64,000 bases of DNA from Flaccisagitta enflata (taxonomy: Eukaryota), in contig OZ231126.1 of assembly GCA_965153355.1 (NCBI GenBank), positions 30,442,001 to 30,506,000 on the forward strand. The letters run 5' to 3'. Positions 44,829 through 64,000 of this stretch are shown here, piece by piece (the stretch's first letter is position 1; every line of letters starts with the position of its first letter). The translations under genes were made by a program, and so were the position numbers. The notes beneath the pieces were generated by a model. That model worked only from the letters and a program-made list of their open reading frames with translations, did no database searches and was not told the DNA's origin.

Positions 44829-46192
44829 CGGGAAAAAGAACAGTTATAACGTTTCGTCGAGGAAAATCACAGAAGAGTTGTGGTTATGAAGTGTGAAAAA
44901 ATTCAACCAATGAGTTGTGTTCTCGTTCTTGTTGGCTTCATCAGACTTACCTCAAAAAAAAAAAAAAAAAGAAATATTGGCAAAAAATTTAATACTGACT
45001 AGGAATAAAATTTGTCTCGAAAAAACGCATATCATTCCATTGTGCAACAGTCGCCTGCTCCGTGAGACAACTACTTACAAACATACTCCTTACTTTCCTA
45101 TCTTCCTCCCTCCCTGCCTTTCTAGTCGCGTGCAAGCAACTCTATAATCTGCTAAGTTGGTCAGTCTGCCTGTCCGTCCTTCCCTGTTTGCCTTTTTTTG
45201 GCGTTTACAAGTGATTGTGCAATACTGCGCCTGCCCAAATGCTTGAGTTAGCCTTTTTTTATCACTGCCCCTGCTCGCGTGCACGCGACTTCCGTAGCCG
45301 TGTATTTGGCCTTGTTTCCTTCCTGTCTACTACCTTCTTTCCTCCCTTCTTACTTTCCGTATTTCCTTTTGAAACAACTTTTTTTTCACCTAAAACTAAG
45401 CAAGGCCGGATACACGGCAATCCAGTCGCGGATGGTTGGGCAGGAGCAGTAATGCGAAAACCGCTCAGAATTCAAAAATGTGACGGACCGACCGACGGAC
45501 CGACCGACATACCGATCGACACGGCAAGGTGTAGAGTCGCGTGTCCGCGACTAAAAAGTCTGAATTTTAAAAGGGACTGACAGACGGAAATACGACAGAC
45601 AGACGGAAATGTAACTGAGAGATGGACCATCCGACTTACTCACTGAGCAACGCGCCAAAAAATCATGTGACGTCACTACATATACGGCAAAACTGCAAAT
45701 TAAAACAACTAGCATCGATCAAATTTGATTCTGCGTAGTTGGTTTTCCAACCCGTACATTGGTCTGTCAGTCCTTCAGTCTATCAGTCCTTCAGTCCATC
45801 AGTCCGTCGGTAAATCCGTCCATTGGTCCGTCACACTTTGAGATGCGTGCTACGCAACTCTACACCCCGCTTTGTTGGTCCGTCAGTCCATCCGTCCATT
45901 ACACTTTACTGCCCATTACACTGGTCCCTGCCCACCCGCACGCGACTGGGTAGCCGTGTATCCTGCCTTCTTTGAATTGCAAGCAGTCTATGATGAATTC
46001 AATACAATTTTACAGGACCCAACCGATGCTTTATGAATTCAAGAAGTTTGAACACTAGACGCAGTTTCACACATAGAAATTCGGATTTTTCCCATTTTGA
46101 CTAAGTTTTGACCTGTATTAGGCCCAATTTGATGTTGAATTAAATAGAAAATTCTCAAGCACAATGTGGTTTCGTTTGATCTCAGTTGGTCA

Positions 46193-46486
46193 CAGGCCTG
46201 TATAAAATTGAGTTCCCCCCCCCCCCCTGGAGATGGGGAGGGAAATCAAAGAGGGAAAAAAGAGAAAAAAAGAAAATTTGGGGAAAAAATAACTTTTGAC
46301 GGTACCAAATCATAAAAACTGGTTAAAAAACACAATTTAACACTATCTAAACCTTAACTACACTGTTTTATAGCTTTTTGGGGAAGAAAATCATAGATTT
46401 TAATATGCAACGCGTCGCGTCGCGGGGAAGAAAATCAAAGGCAGGGGGGGGGGAAATCAAAAGCGACTCAATTATATACACCCCTG
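46193..46486. mobile_element. hAT-type MITE
   Basis: CAGGCCTGTATA...TATACACCCCTG ends; perfect 8-bp TSD GTTGGTCA. Confidence 0.85.
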
Positions 46487-48031
46487 GTTGGTCAATTTAT
46501 ATAAGCCAAAAAAAATGAACCAAGCAATGCTTATATACTTGGAAGTGTAGTATTTGTCCATTGTTGCTTAGTTTTCACTGGTTTTTAGGTATATCTGATC
46601 CAGTTTTTTGTGAGAAACTGCTCTTGGTACCGTACTTTCTCTAGCGATGGTAATGTTCCAGCAGTTGGCTTACAAATTCGCAACTAATCATCGATTGTGT
46701 ACTGAAAATTGCAATATTTCCCCATTTTGAATATTTTACATTTCATTTTTTGCCTTTAGAAAGAAATAACTTTTGAACGGTTGGACCAATATTCGCGCCA
46801 AAGGTACCAGTCGATTCGTCTGAGAAAACACTTCATTTTGGTCACCAATTTTTTATATTTATCTTAAAAAATGTATGAGAAATGGCCTAAAACGTGAAGA
46901 CATGTCATCAACGATTATTCTGATGCAAATCTAGCATCATTTTTGCAGGTTTATTGTGCTCAAAAGTGCAATCTGAAGGTAGCGATCGACCTAATTCATC
47001 TTATAAAGTGTGTTTAAGTGTGAATTGACCAAAAAATTCATGATAATCATGATATCTAAATTAGGTGTCCCCTTACTACTCTAATCCTCCGCCAAAATCA
47101 ATGTCCATTCAACAGCCACAAGCTTACAACCGAACCAAAACTTTTGATCTACCGAGCGCTACAGTTGGTATATTCAGAAAATCTATCAAATGAGAACAGC
47201 TCCCAACGAGTTTAATGCTCGATCGGAGCCTCATTTTCTTGCACAGTTGCTTGATAAGGAATGAATCAAAGCGTCACTCACTGCAGTTGGAAAGGAAGAA
47301 GCAGTTGCTTGAATATCCTCGTTTTGAAATTTCTCGAACGTTTCTTTTATTTCGAGGAATTTGTGATAATTCCGGCTTTAAATGGGACGCTCATGTCATC
47401 TATGATGGTTCCATCGATGCCCCAAACGCGTCAATTTTGGCCACAGACGCCCAAAAGTGGCAATTTGCCCACAAATGGCAAATGTCACGATTTGCCATCT
47501 GAATGTAAAGAATGGACTCCTTTAAGGTACACGTGTCGCTTTTCGCGAAGTATATCTTTCCCGTGTCATTCTCTCCATTTTTGGCACCAAAGAAGAAAAG
47601 ATCGAAAAATGGATGAGTAAAAGGGGAAAAAATGTCAAATGTCAACACCCGGATGCACACTGGCCTTACAAGTTACATCCATCCGTTCATACATCCTTAC
47701 CTAGAAAAGTCTCCATCCAATCTTTGAATTTCTCTATCATGGATACCCAAGTGGCATCGAATTGTCCCAATCAGTCGATGCTTGGTTGATCATGTCGCGC
47801 AATTCAATGACAACGTACAATCAGCACTCCTGAAAGCTCTGAATCATAGACTCGCTTTTCCATTGTTTTGCTGTCTCAGTCTTTGTTTGCTTTTGCTTCT
47901 TCTTTTGCTTCTTCTTCTTTTTCTTCTTCTTCTTCTTCTTCTTCTTCTTCTTCTTCTTCTTCTTCTTCTTCTTCTTCTTCTTCTTCTTCTTCTTCTTCTT
48001 CTGCTTCTGCTTCTTCTTCTCCCGCTTCTTT

Positions 48032-48073
<42 letters not shown>

Positions 48074-48294
48074 GGGCCACTCTTTGTTTGCTGTTGCTTC
48101 TTCTTCTTCTTCTTTTTCTGCTTCTGCTTCTGCTTCTTCTTCTTCTTCTGCTTCTTTTCTCTCTGTCTGTCTGTCTGTCCGTCTGGCCACTCTTTGTTTG
48201 CTGTTGCTTCTTCTTCTTCTTCTTCTTCTTCTTCTGCTTCTGCTTCTGCTTCTGCTTCTGCTTCTGCTTCTGCTTCTTCTCATTCTGCTTCTTT

Positions 48295-48418
<124 letters not shown>

Positions 48419-48859
48419 CAGCCACATACACTCTCACCCAAGCATCCATACATGGTCACCTCTAGTCTCGTTATGACCGTTTTCTTTGTCCACATCTGAC
48501 AACACAATTCCAAATCACGGCAATCACTTTCCTCTCCAACCGCCTTTCTCCTCGACTCTCGCGCGCAATCCTAAACCTAGTCCAGCTCAATCACGACACA
48601 CCTGACTCGCCGATTTCAATGGGCCAGCGCAAACAGCTGCCTATGCCTACTACCGATAGTCCAATCCATGACGGAGTCGAGGAGAAAGAGAGAGAGAGGG
48701 GTAACCGTCCGGCACCTCGTCATCATGCCACCCAATCTCAATGGTCAGAAGAAGAGAAAAAGAGAGAGGGATCTGACGGTCTGGCACCTCCTAACTCGTG
48801 ATACTCGATCCAAATGATCAGGAGGAGAACGAGAAATCTGACGGTCACTGGCGAGATTT

Positions 48860-48925
48860 GATCACCTTCGTCACGTGAGCCAATTCTAATTGTCACGTGA
48901 TTTCGTGGATGGCGGGAAATTGGAT
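48860..48925. promoter_or_regulatory. Putative ALYREF proximal promoter motif cluster
   Basis: Two GTCACGTGA E-boxes (CACGTG at 48872-48877 and 48894-48899), CCAAT at 48880-48884 and an E2F-type GGCGGGAAA at 48911-48919. They lie about 400 bp upstream of the ATG in a CpG-rich stretch. Confidence 0.55.
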
Positions 48926-49325
48926 CAACCGGTCAGAGAAATGGAGAGTCAATAAAAGCGGCATGTTTCTTGATCTCGAATCAGATCCGTTCTGTCGCGC
49001 CTAACCGCTGCATCTACTAGTCTTTTTCTCTCTACACACCTCTATACCATTTTACCCAACGCGATTATTCTCTCCCAATCTCTATCGGCTTGAATTTGCC
49101 AAGTTTTCTGGCTGAAAGAAGTGAAACCAACTCGGCCCGATACCAAAGCAAAATTATCACACGCACAAAATCGTTCATTTCTCAGTTTTCAAGCCGTCAA
49201 TATTTCAACTTTCGGTATCACGAACAAGAAGCAAATAAACCACCTCCATCTGCTCCGCCGTTTCAAGAATTCAAGAAACATTGTGGACTGATTGCGTTTC
49301 CAAAAAGAAGGACAAAATCAAAAAG

Positions 49326-49622
49326 ATGGACAACAACAATCTGGACCTGAGTTTGGAAGACATTATCAAAAGAAACAAGAAAAACAAAGCCGTTGCGAAA
49401 AGTGGTGGTGGTGGTGGTGGTGGTGGTGGCGGCGGCGGTGGTGGCGGTCGCAACAGAAATGGCGGAGGTGGTGGCGGTGGTGGTGGAGGCAGACGGCGGA
49501 GAGGCGGTGGAGGAAGGGCGCAAGGAGGTGGAGGCGGCGGCGGTGGTGGTGGCGGCGGCGGAAGAAGACGCAGTGACCCTCTGAGAGGCACCAAGCAAGG
49601 CGGTATCAATAAACAACGACAG
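49326..49622 (+). CDS. ALYREF: ALYREF-like exon 1 (N-terminal UBM and poly-Gly/RGG region)
   Basis: ATG at 49326, [19 protein letters not shown]...; donor CAG|GTGATT at 49622/49623. Confidence 0.88.
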
Positions 49623-51359
49623 GTGATTAACAAGTGGAATTATTTTTTGTTTGTTTCTCATGAGATTTCTGAAATGAAAAAGTAATTGAGATTTCACCTT
49701 CAAGTGTGGGTTCAAAGTGACTCATCGGTTTTGGTCTTTGCATGATAAGAAAAAACTCAATGACTTTTCTATTTTATATATTTAAACGCAATGAAATGAG
49801 AGATGCTAAACCCTAAACCTGCCCTCACCAACATCTTGCCTTTATTTACCCATTCAGCCTCAACCGTTGCGTGTCAGCGATTTACGAGAAAACATGCCAT
49901 CCACCCAAGAAAAGAAAGAGGCAAAGTTGATCATCTCAAATTTGGATGTCGGCGTCACAGATTCAGACATCAAGGTATCTATCCAACCATTTTCCATAGC
50001 TACCAATATCCACTAACGTGTCAATGGAAGATGTCACAAGTGAAGATGATCAGTTAGTTTTTAAAAGGGCAACCATGGATTTTCCACGAATCAGGTCTAA
50101 CCATTTTCTCCTATCTAAGTTTCACAATAATCAATTTCAATTTTTCGTAACATCCATGAGCTGTCCGGATAGATAGTGCCCGAGAAGACACCAGGATTAC
50201 GATTTTCAATAAATCCACTCTGACCCATCTTATCTAACACAGGAATTATTCGTTGAGTTTGGGGAATTGAATGGCGCCAACGTGAACTACGATCGAAATG
50301 GAGCTTCTCTGGGAACCGCGGAAGTCACTTTCAAAGTCATGGCTGACGCGAAAAAGGCCTTCAAGCAATACAACGGAGTTCCGCTCGATGGCAAGGCAAT
50401 GGACATCAAATTCGCCGCTAGTCAAGTAAGTGAAGTCCTATTGATGTTTGTAGAATGATTGAATCTAGAAATGCCTTCAAGCAATACAATTTAGTACCCT
50501 TTGATGGTCAACCCACAGTCATCAAATTCGCCACTAGTCAAATATCTTTGCTGGATATGCATTCATTCATTCATTCATTCATTCATTCATTCATTCATTC
50601 ATTCATTCATTCATTCATTCATTCATTCAGAAAAAATAGAGCGAAAAATTAGAAACCGAAACGTGTTTCTGCTTCAATGGCATCGTCAGGGTTTTCATTC
50701 ATTCATTCATTCATTAATCCATCTATTTATTGATTTTTTGATAGATTTATTTGTTTATCCATTCATGAAAACATTGTTTTAATCATTCACATAAAAAAAT
50801 CCGTTGGTTGTTCTTGGCATATTTCTGCATGTTAAGCGTCAATCTTTGTTTTACAGTTTGCTTAACAACAGATTTATCATTCTTTGTCTTTATTTTCTTC
50901 CTTTAACAGACTGACGTGTTCCGGTCGGCTCCTCCCGCGGCCAAATCGGGCGGATTCGGCGGCAACAGAGAAAGACGAGGCCAAGGCCAAGGCCAAGGCC
51001 GCGCTCCACGCCGCTCAGGCGGAGGAGGAGGAGGCGGCGGAGGAGGAGGAGGTGGCAGACGGGCCGGCGGAAGACCTAACGGACAACGACAGGCCAGCGG
51101 TGGCAACAGACGTGGTGGTGGCGGCGGCGGCGGCAACAAAAGACCAAAAATGACAGCGGAAGATCTCGACAAACAATTGGAAGATTACAACACCGGTGGT
51201 GATGGTGCAGTCAATGGCAAATCAGGAGGAGGAGGAGGAGGAGGAGGAGGAGGTGGAAGAAGAAGAGGTGGCAAAGGAGGCAACAAAAAACCGGTGATCA
51301 GCGCAGAGGATTTAGATAAACAATTGGACAACTACATTAATAAGATGGATGAAGACTAG
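49326..51359 (+). CDS. ALYREF: ALYREF/THOC4-like mRNA export adaptor, complete 4-exon CDS (348 aa): 49326-49622, 49858-49974, 50243-50425, 50910-51359
   Basis: N-terminal UBM (LDLSLEDII), Gly/Arg-rich linker, RRM ([24 protein letters not shown]...[15 protein letters not shown]...[10 protein letters not shown]) and C-terminal [10 protein letters not shown]-x-Y motifs. All three introns are GT-AG and phase 0; the joined frame is open to TAG at 51357-51359. Confidence 0.93.
49858..49974 (+). CDS. ALYREF: ALYREF-like exon 2 (start of RRM)
   Basis: Acceptor CATTCAG|; [39 protein letters not shown]; donor AAG|GTATCT. Confidence 0.88.
50243..50425 (+). CDS. ALYREF: ALYREF-like exon 3 (RRM core)
   Basis: Acceptor AACACAG|; [61 protein letters not shown]; donor CAA|GTAAGT. 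Confidence 0.92.
50910..51359 (+). CDS. ALYREF: ALYREF-like exon 4 (RGG region and two C-terminal UBMs)
   Basis: Polypyrimidine tract and TTAACAG| acceptor; TDVFRSAPP...[13 protein letters not shown]...[20 protein letters not shown]. Confidence 0.9.
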   Translation, partial: TDVFRSAPPAAKSGGFGGNRERRGQGQGQGRAPRRSGGGGGGGGGGGGGRRAGGRPNGQRQASGGNRRGGGGGGGNKRPKMTAEDLDKQLEDYNTGGDGAVNGKSGGGGGGGGGGGRRRGGKGGNKKPVISAEDLDKQLDNYINKMDED

Positions 51360-51474
51360 TTGAAATGCACAAGTTCTTTTTTTTACCATCTTTTTTGCAT
51401 GGTTGGTTCCATTTTCAGACGGTGCATACAATCTTTTCAGAACATTTCTATTTTGATCTATCAATTAGATGAAT

Positions 51475-51631
51475 TTTTAGTCGCGGACACGCGACTCTAC
51501 ACCTTGGTCTGTCGGTCCGTCGGTTGGTCGGTCCGTCGGTCGGTCGGTCACATTTTTGAATTCCGAGCGATTTCGCATTACTGCTCCTGCCCAACCATCC
51601 GCGACTGGATTGCCGTGTATCCGGCCTTGTT
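51475..51631 (-). mobile_element. Family A element within the probable ALYREF 3' UTR
   Basis: Reverse-complement near-copy of 45398-45557. Confidence 0.8.
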
Positions 51632-51901
51632 CTAAACCAGGCGTATGTCCATGCATGCGAATTTTCAAGCTATGCAGGGACGAACTATTGCATATTTTGT
51701 AACGCTGATTGACAGTGGAATTGGCCATTTTTTTGTCTCCATCTTCCAATGTTTAAAATACGACTCTTGTTGTCATACATGTATTAAGTTCACAGAGAAG
51801 CTCTCCCATTGCTTGCACGTTTCATCATCGATACAGTATTTGCTGTATTACTATTGTTATCCTATATTCTATGACCTGCATTTTTGATCATTTTGTTCCA
51901 G

Positions 51902-51907
51902 AATAAA
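51902..51907 (+). terminator. Candidate polyadenylation signal for ALYREF-like gene
   Basis: AATAAA about 540 nt after the stop codon, followed by T-rich sequence. Confidence 0.5.
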
Positions 51908-54187
51908 ATGGCATCACACTTATACTTCATTCTTGATCTTTTTTCTTTATCATATGCAGTAATTTGGTCGGTTGTCACTCTGGTTTAGTTGCAGACTTGG
52001 CAGTTGGAATGTTCTTAGACCTATCAGAGTAAAGATCAACGGACAGTCCGAGAGAGAACGACGAGCAGACGTGCAAAAAGAGAACGTCGCTGAAAATTAC
52101 TCATTTTATGATTACAAAAGATAGCAGTTTCGAGCACGTGCGTGGAGATCGGAGAAGTACCGGGTGATCAGCCGGAATTGAGTTAATGTATGATGCCATT
52201 ACTCTTAAACTACAGAAGCAAATTTGGTTTAGAATTGCTGAACGTTTGCTTTTATAAAAAGAAATAGCCCCATAATCATAAAGAAACAGCCTTCTGAGTT
52301 ATATTTCAGTTAAAGTCGATTTGGAAAAGTGGTGCAATTTTGCGCAGAATCCTCGTCTAATGTCAAGTCATTTCCTTTTGAGTGGAGACATTCATGGCAA
52401 AAGATTAGGGTTCTTATGATTTTCTTTTCAAAACTGGATTAAAGCATGCTTATGAATGAAAATTTACTTTATAATGACGATTGATGATGACAATAATAAT
52501 GCTGATGTATTATGTGGACAAGATTTATGTTATTTCTTGATGTTAGCACTCAACTCGGTCACTCTGTGTCCATCCATCATCAGTTCGTCAGCTCGTCGCT
52601 GTTCATGTGTGCAGGCTTCAAATTGGTCGTCATAAAAACAGGAACCTAAGCCCATGTTTGTAATATATACAAATCCCAAAAGAATTAAAGCCGCATATAT
52701 CAATATCAACATTGTCTTTTCTGTACACTTCTAAAAACGACTATTCTTCGATTGCCATTACAAATTGAGAAGGAAGGATAAGAAAGCTTATCACTGCATT
52801 AAAAAAAGAATAAAAAAATACTTAAAGCCAGATTGGCAACACACAGGTGAAAAGAATTAAAGAGTGAAGCCTTTCATTACACTGAGGGATGTTTACTTCA
52901 TTATCAGGCTAATTCTGAGCAACTAAAAAGGTCCTTTTAAATGTTATGGTTATCCTAACATAAAATCTTTTTAGTCTATAACCTGCTATGTCCATCTGTT
53001 GGTCGGTCTGTAACACTTAGCTTTTTTGACGTTTACGGGTGTTTTTAGTATCACTGCTTCTGCCCAAGGCCTTGATTAGCTTTTTTTATCACTGCTTCCG
53101 CCAACCCGCATGTGACATTGGTAGCCGTGTTATACTCTGAACCAGAATTGACCAAACTAGCACAACTTTACCTTTTGAGTCATTTCAAGCAGTGTCTATA
53201 GCAATTTCTGTGTACACACTTCAGACTTGAATGACGCCCTTTCCAATGGCAAATATAGCCAACTGTTACACAGGTAACAATCCTTACCGTGACTACCTTT
53301 TGTAAGCAGTTTGCTTTTGGGTTGGATTGAGAAAGAATGTTTTTCAGTTTAAGTTTTATAGAAAACTAGGAGTGGTGCGCATATTAACTAGTGAGTGAGG
53401 GTTCATAAGCCCCTCATCCATATATTTCAGTTTGGGTATAGTGAGGGATATTGTTCCACCTATCATACAAGTAAGCTATTGATATTTACTAGATTATGTT
53501 CCTGAACCCCTTTCATAGGTCAGCCATCCCGAAGTGTGATATTTTGAAAAGAGAGTTTGCCAAGCCGCATTCCAGAAGAGAATGAACGAATTCGCAAGAA
53601 AAAACAATTCTTGAAACTTTTTTACCTTTTTTTTTCTTTTGGTTTTTTTCTCCAAATCTAAACAGCCGCTCATGTCAATTCCTCAGGGTTTAGGGGGCGA
53701 TAGACAAACAAATACACATTTTCAGCATGCCCCAACGAAGCCCTGTTAATTCGGTGATTACAAACTTTTGTTTCTTGCATTGATGAAAGGAGTATTTTGT
53801 CACGTCTTTACTAATCGATTAATTCGATTTCATTGTCAACAAACTCTTTCAACTTTTTCTTCTTCTCATACTATTTAGCCATCGTCGCGGCTCAATTTCA
53901 TTTTCCCCTTACTTGAGTTCAATGAAGTTACACAATATATGACAGTAAATGACACAGTATATTCTTATTGATTTGTGTACTTGAATGGAATATTTTTCGA
54001 CACAGACAGATGATTACACAAAACATTATCCAAAAAACAAACAGCATCCAAATAAATAAATATGATATGCAGTTATCAGTCTCATCACTCAAGGCGGATT
54101 ATTGATGATCTTCTTCTTCCCTTTCTTCTTCTTCTGCTTTCCTTCATCAGCTTGCTATGCCTGCTATAATGTTTGCTTCGTTTCCTT

Positions 54188-61975
<7,788 letters not shown>

Positions 61976-62397
61976 CTGTATTTAGATGGGAATGAGGGTA
62001 AATGGATTCAAGAGACTAATTTACATATTGTAGCCAACTATATTTTTGCAAGACGGTGTTTATAAGATAAGAAAAAGAAACTGATATTTTGTAGCCAACT
62101 GCGTAGTGAATGATAATGTTGAAACTTGTGCATGGATAGTTACCACCAATCTAAAAAACAGCTGCAGGGGCATAAATGTCAAAACGCAGAATGAGGCTGC
62201 GTTGCAGACTAATCAACTAAGACAAATTTAGTAGTCGCGTGCGGTTGCGCAGGGGCAGGGGCAAAGATGATCAAATTCACAGAGAAACATCGTCGCGGAC
62301 AAGCCGACCTATCAAAAATTGGTTTGTAAGAGTCGTGTTCACGCGAGTGAAATGAAGAAAGCTACAAAACTGAAATCTACTCGACCACACAAACGTT

Positions 62398-64000
62398 AGG
62401 GGTGTAAACCGCCCAGATATCATATGAAAATAGCTTACATAAGAATTAGAGTGACCGTGCCTCCCAAGCACCAATCAGAATGAAAATAAGCTTGCTGATA
62501 GATAAAATCATGTTCTTCAAGCAAGGTACCTCAGTATCTCACAGTCCCCACTAAAATCTGCCTTTTTCTATGTTTTGAGCACCGTTACTCAAAATGACTC
62601 CTTGTTACAAAAACGCTGTCTTTTCACTCCTCAAGTGTGAGAAAATCCCAAGGCTTTGTTGATTATTGTTCTTTAGGCTCATAGAAACCTCTCCTGAATT
62701 TTGAAAAAAAATGTGTGCAGTCCAACGTGTAATCAATTTTCCCGTTATTCTAAAATTGCTTTTAGCCATCAAGTGTGACGTAGCATCACCTGGCCCTTTT
62801 GCGCAGTACCAGGCTTTGTTTACATCCCCCTTTGCCTTTTTTCTCTAGCTTATCCAGTTAGGAGGGCCTCTAGCGGTTATTTGAGGATTTTTGATGGCTG
62901 TTTGATGTACAAAAGACAAACGGCCATAACGTACCGGCAAAACGCGAAAAAGCGCGTATCTTACACTATTTAAACAGCTTGGGGCCCCCAAAAAATTTGG
63001 TCAAAAAGTCAAAATAACATCTCCAAGGGGCAAATGATACTGAGATTAATCATTTTGAACCAAAAAATTAATTATTTTTTGGGTTTAAGGCCAGAATTGC
63101 TTGAAAAACGGCTATGCGCGCACTTGTGTCATTGTTTTTGCTAAGAAATTGGCCTTAAACTGGGGATAAAAGGGCAATTTCCAAAGATTATTAGTATCAG
63201 CAATTCACCTGTGGCCCAGAGAATGTGAAATGCATCAAAAAAGAAAAAAAGAAAAAAAACTGTTTGCAACCTTTCCCTTTAAACAGCTTGGGGCCCTCAA
63301 AAAATTTGGTCAAAAAATCAAAATAACATCTCCAAGGGGCAAATGATACTGAGATTAATCATTTTGAACCAAAAAATTAATTATTTTATGGGTTTAAGGC
63401 CAGAATTGCTTGAAAAACGGCTATGCGCGCAATTGTGTCATTGTTTTTGCTAAGAAATTGGCCTTAAACTGGGGATAAAAGGGCAATTTCCAAAGAGTAT
63501 TAGTATCAGCAATTCACTTGTGGCCCAGAGAATGTGAAATGCATCAAAAAAGAAAAAAAGAAAAAAAACTGTTTGCAACCTTTCCCTTTAAAGGGTTTAA
63601 ACCGCCCAGATATCATATGAAAATAGCTTACATAAGAATTAGAGTGACCGTGCCTCCCAAGCACCAATCAGAATGAAAATTAGCTTGCTGAAAGATAAAA
63701 TCATGTTCTTCAAGCAAGGTACCTCAGTATCTCACAGTCCCCACTAAAATCTGCCTTTTTCTATGTTTTGAGTACCGTTACTCAAAATGACCCCTTGTTA
63801 CAAAAGCGCTGTCTTTTCACTCCTCAAGTGTGAGAAAATCCCAAGGCTTTGTTGATTATTGTTCCTTAGGCTCATAGAAACCTCTCCTGAATTTTGAAAA
63901 AAAATGTGTGCAGTCCTACGTGTAATCAATTTTCCCGTAATTCTAAAATTACTTTTAGCCATCAAGTGTGACGTAGCGTCACCCGGCCCTTTGGCGCAGT
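62398..64000. repeat. Tandem duplication (period 1193 bp) containing a 309-bp dimer (62972-63280, 63281-63589)
   Basis: 62398-62810 recurs nearly identically from 63591; unit junctions fall at TTTAAA. Confidence 0.9.

Overview
Repeat-rich eukaryotic (animal-type) genomic DNA. It has spliceosomal GT-AG introns, many microsatellites and nested transposons; there are no operons, rRNA or CRISPR, and most ORFs in the track are translated microsatellites. Two host genes can be rebuilt exon by exon. The first is a complete 4-exon ALYREF/THOC4-like mRNA export adaptor (+, 49326-51359, 348 aa). The second is the 3' nine exons of a convergent ENO4-like pseudo-enolase (-, 54188-61975; its 5' end is not identifiable here). 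Mobile elements include a 5'-truncated CR1/L2-group LINE, a 5'-truncated R4/Dong-like LINE inside a (GA)n tract, a decayed hAT-like transposase, hAT MITEs with 8-bp TSDs, TA-flanked MITEs and two Helentron-like (HINE/DINE-type) families. The most unusual signal is a recurring set of 'exon-edge echoes': short copies of exon ends in the adjacent intron of both genes. Their differences fall largely at synonymous positions, two retain intact decoy acceptors leading to stops, and one keeps apparently ancestral residues. Also notable are an ALYREF with a duplicated C-terminal UBM and no WxHD motif, and an 82-bp minisatellite carrying an RSS-like heptamer/nonamer. All family assignments come from recalled motifs, not database searches.
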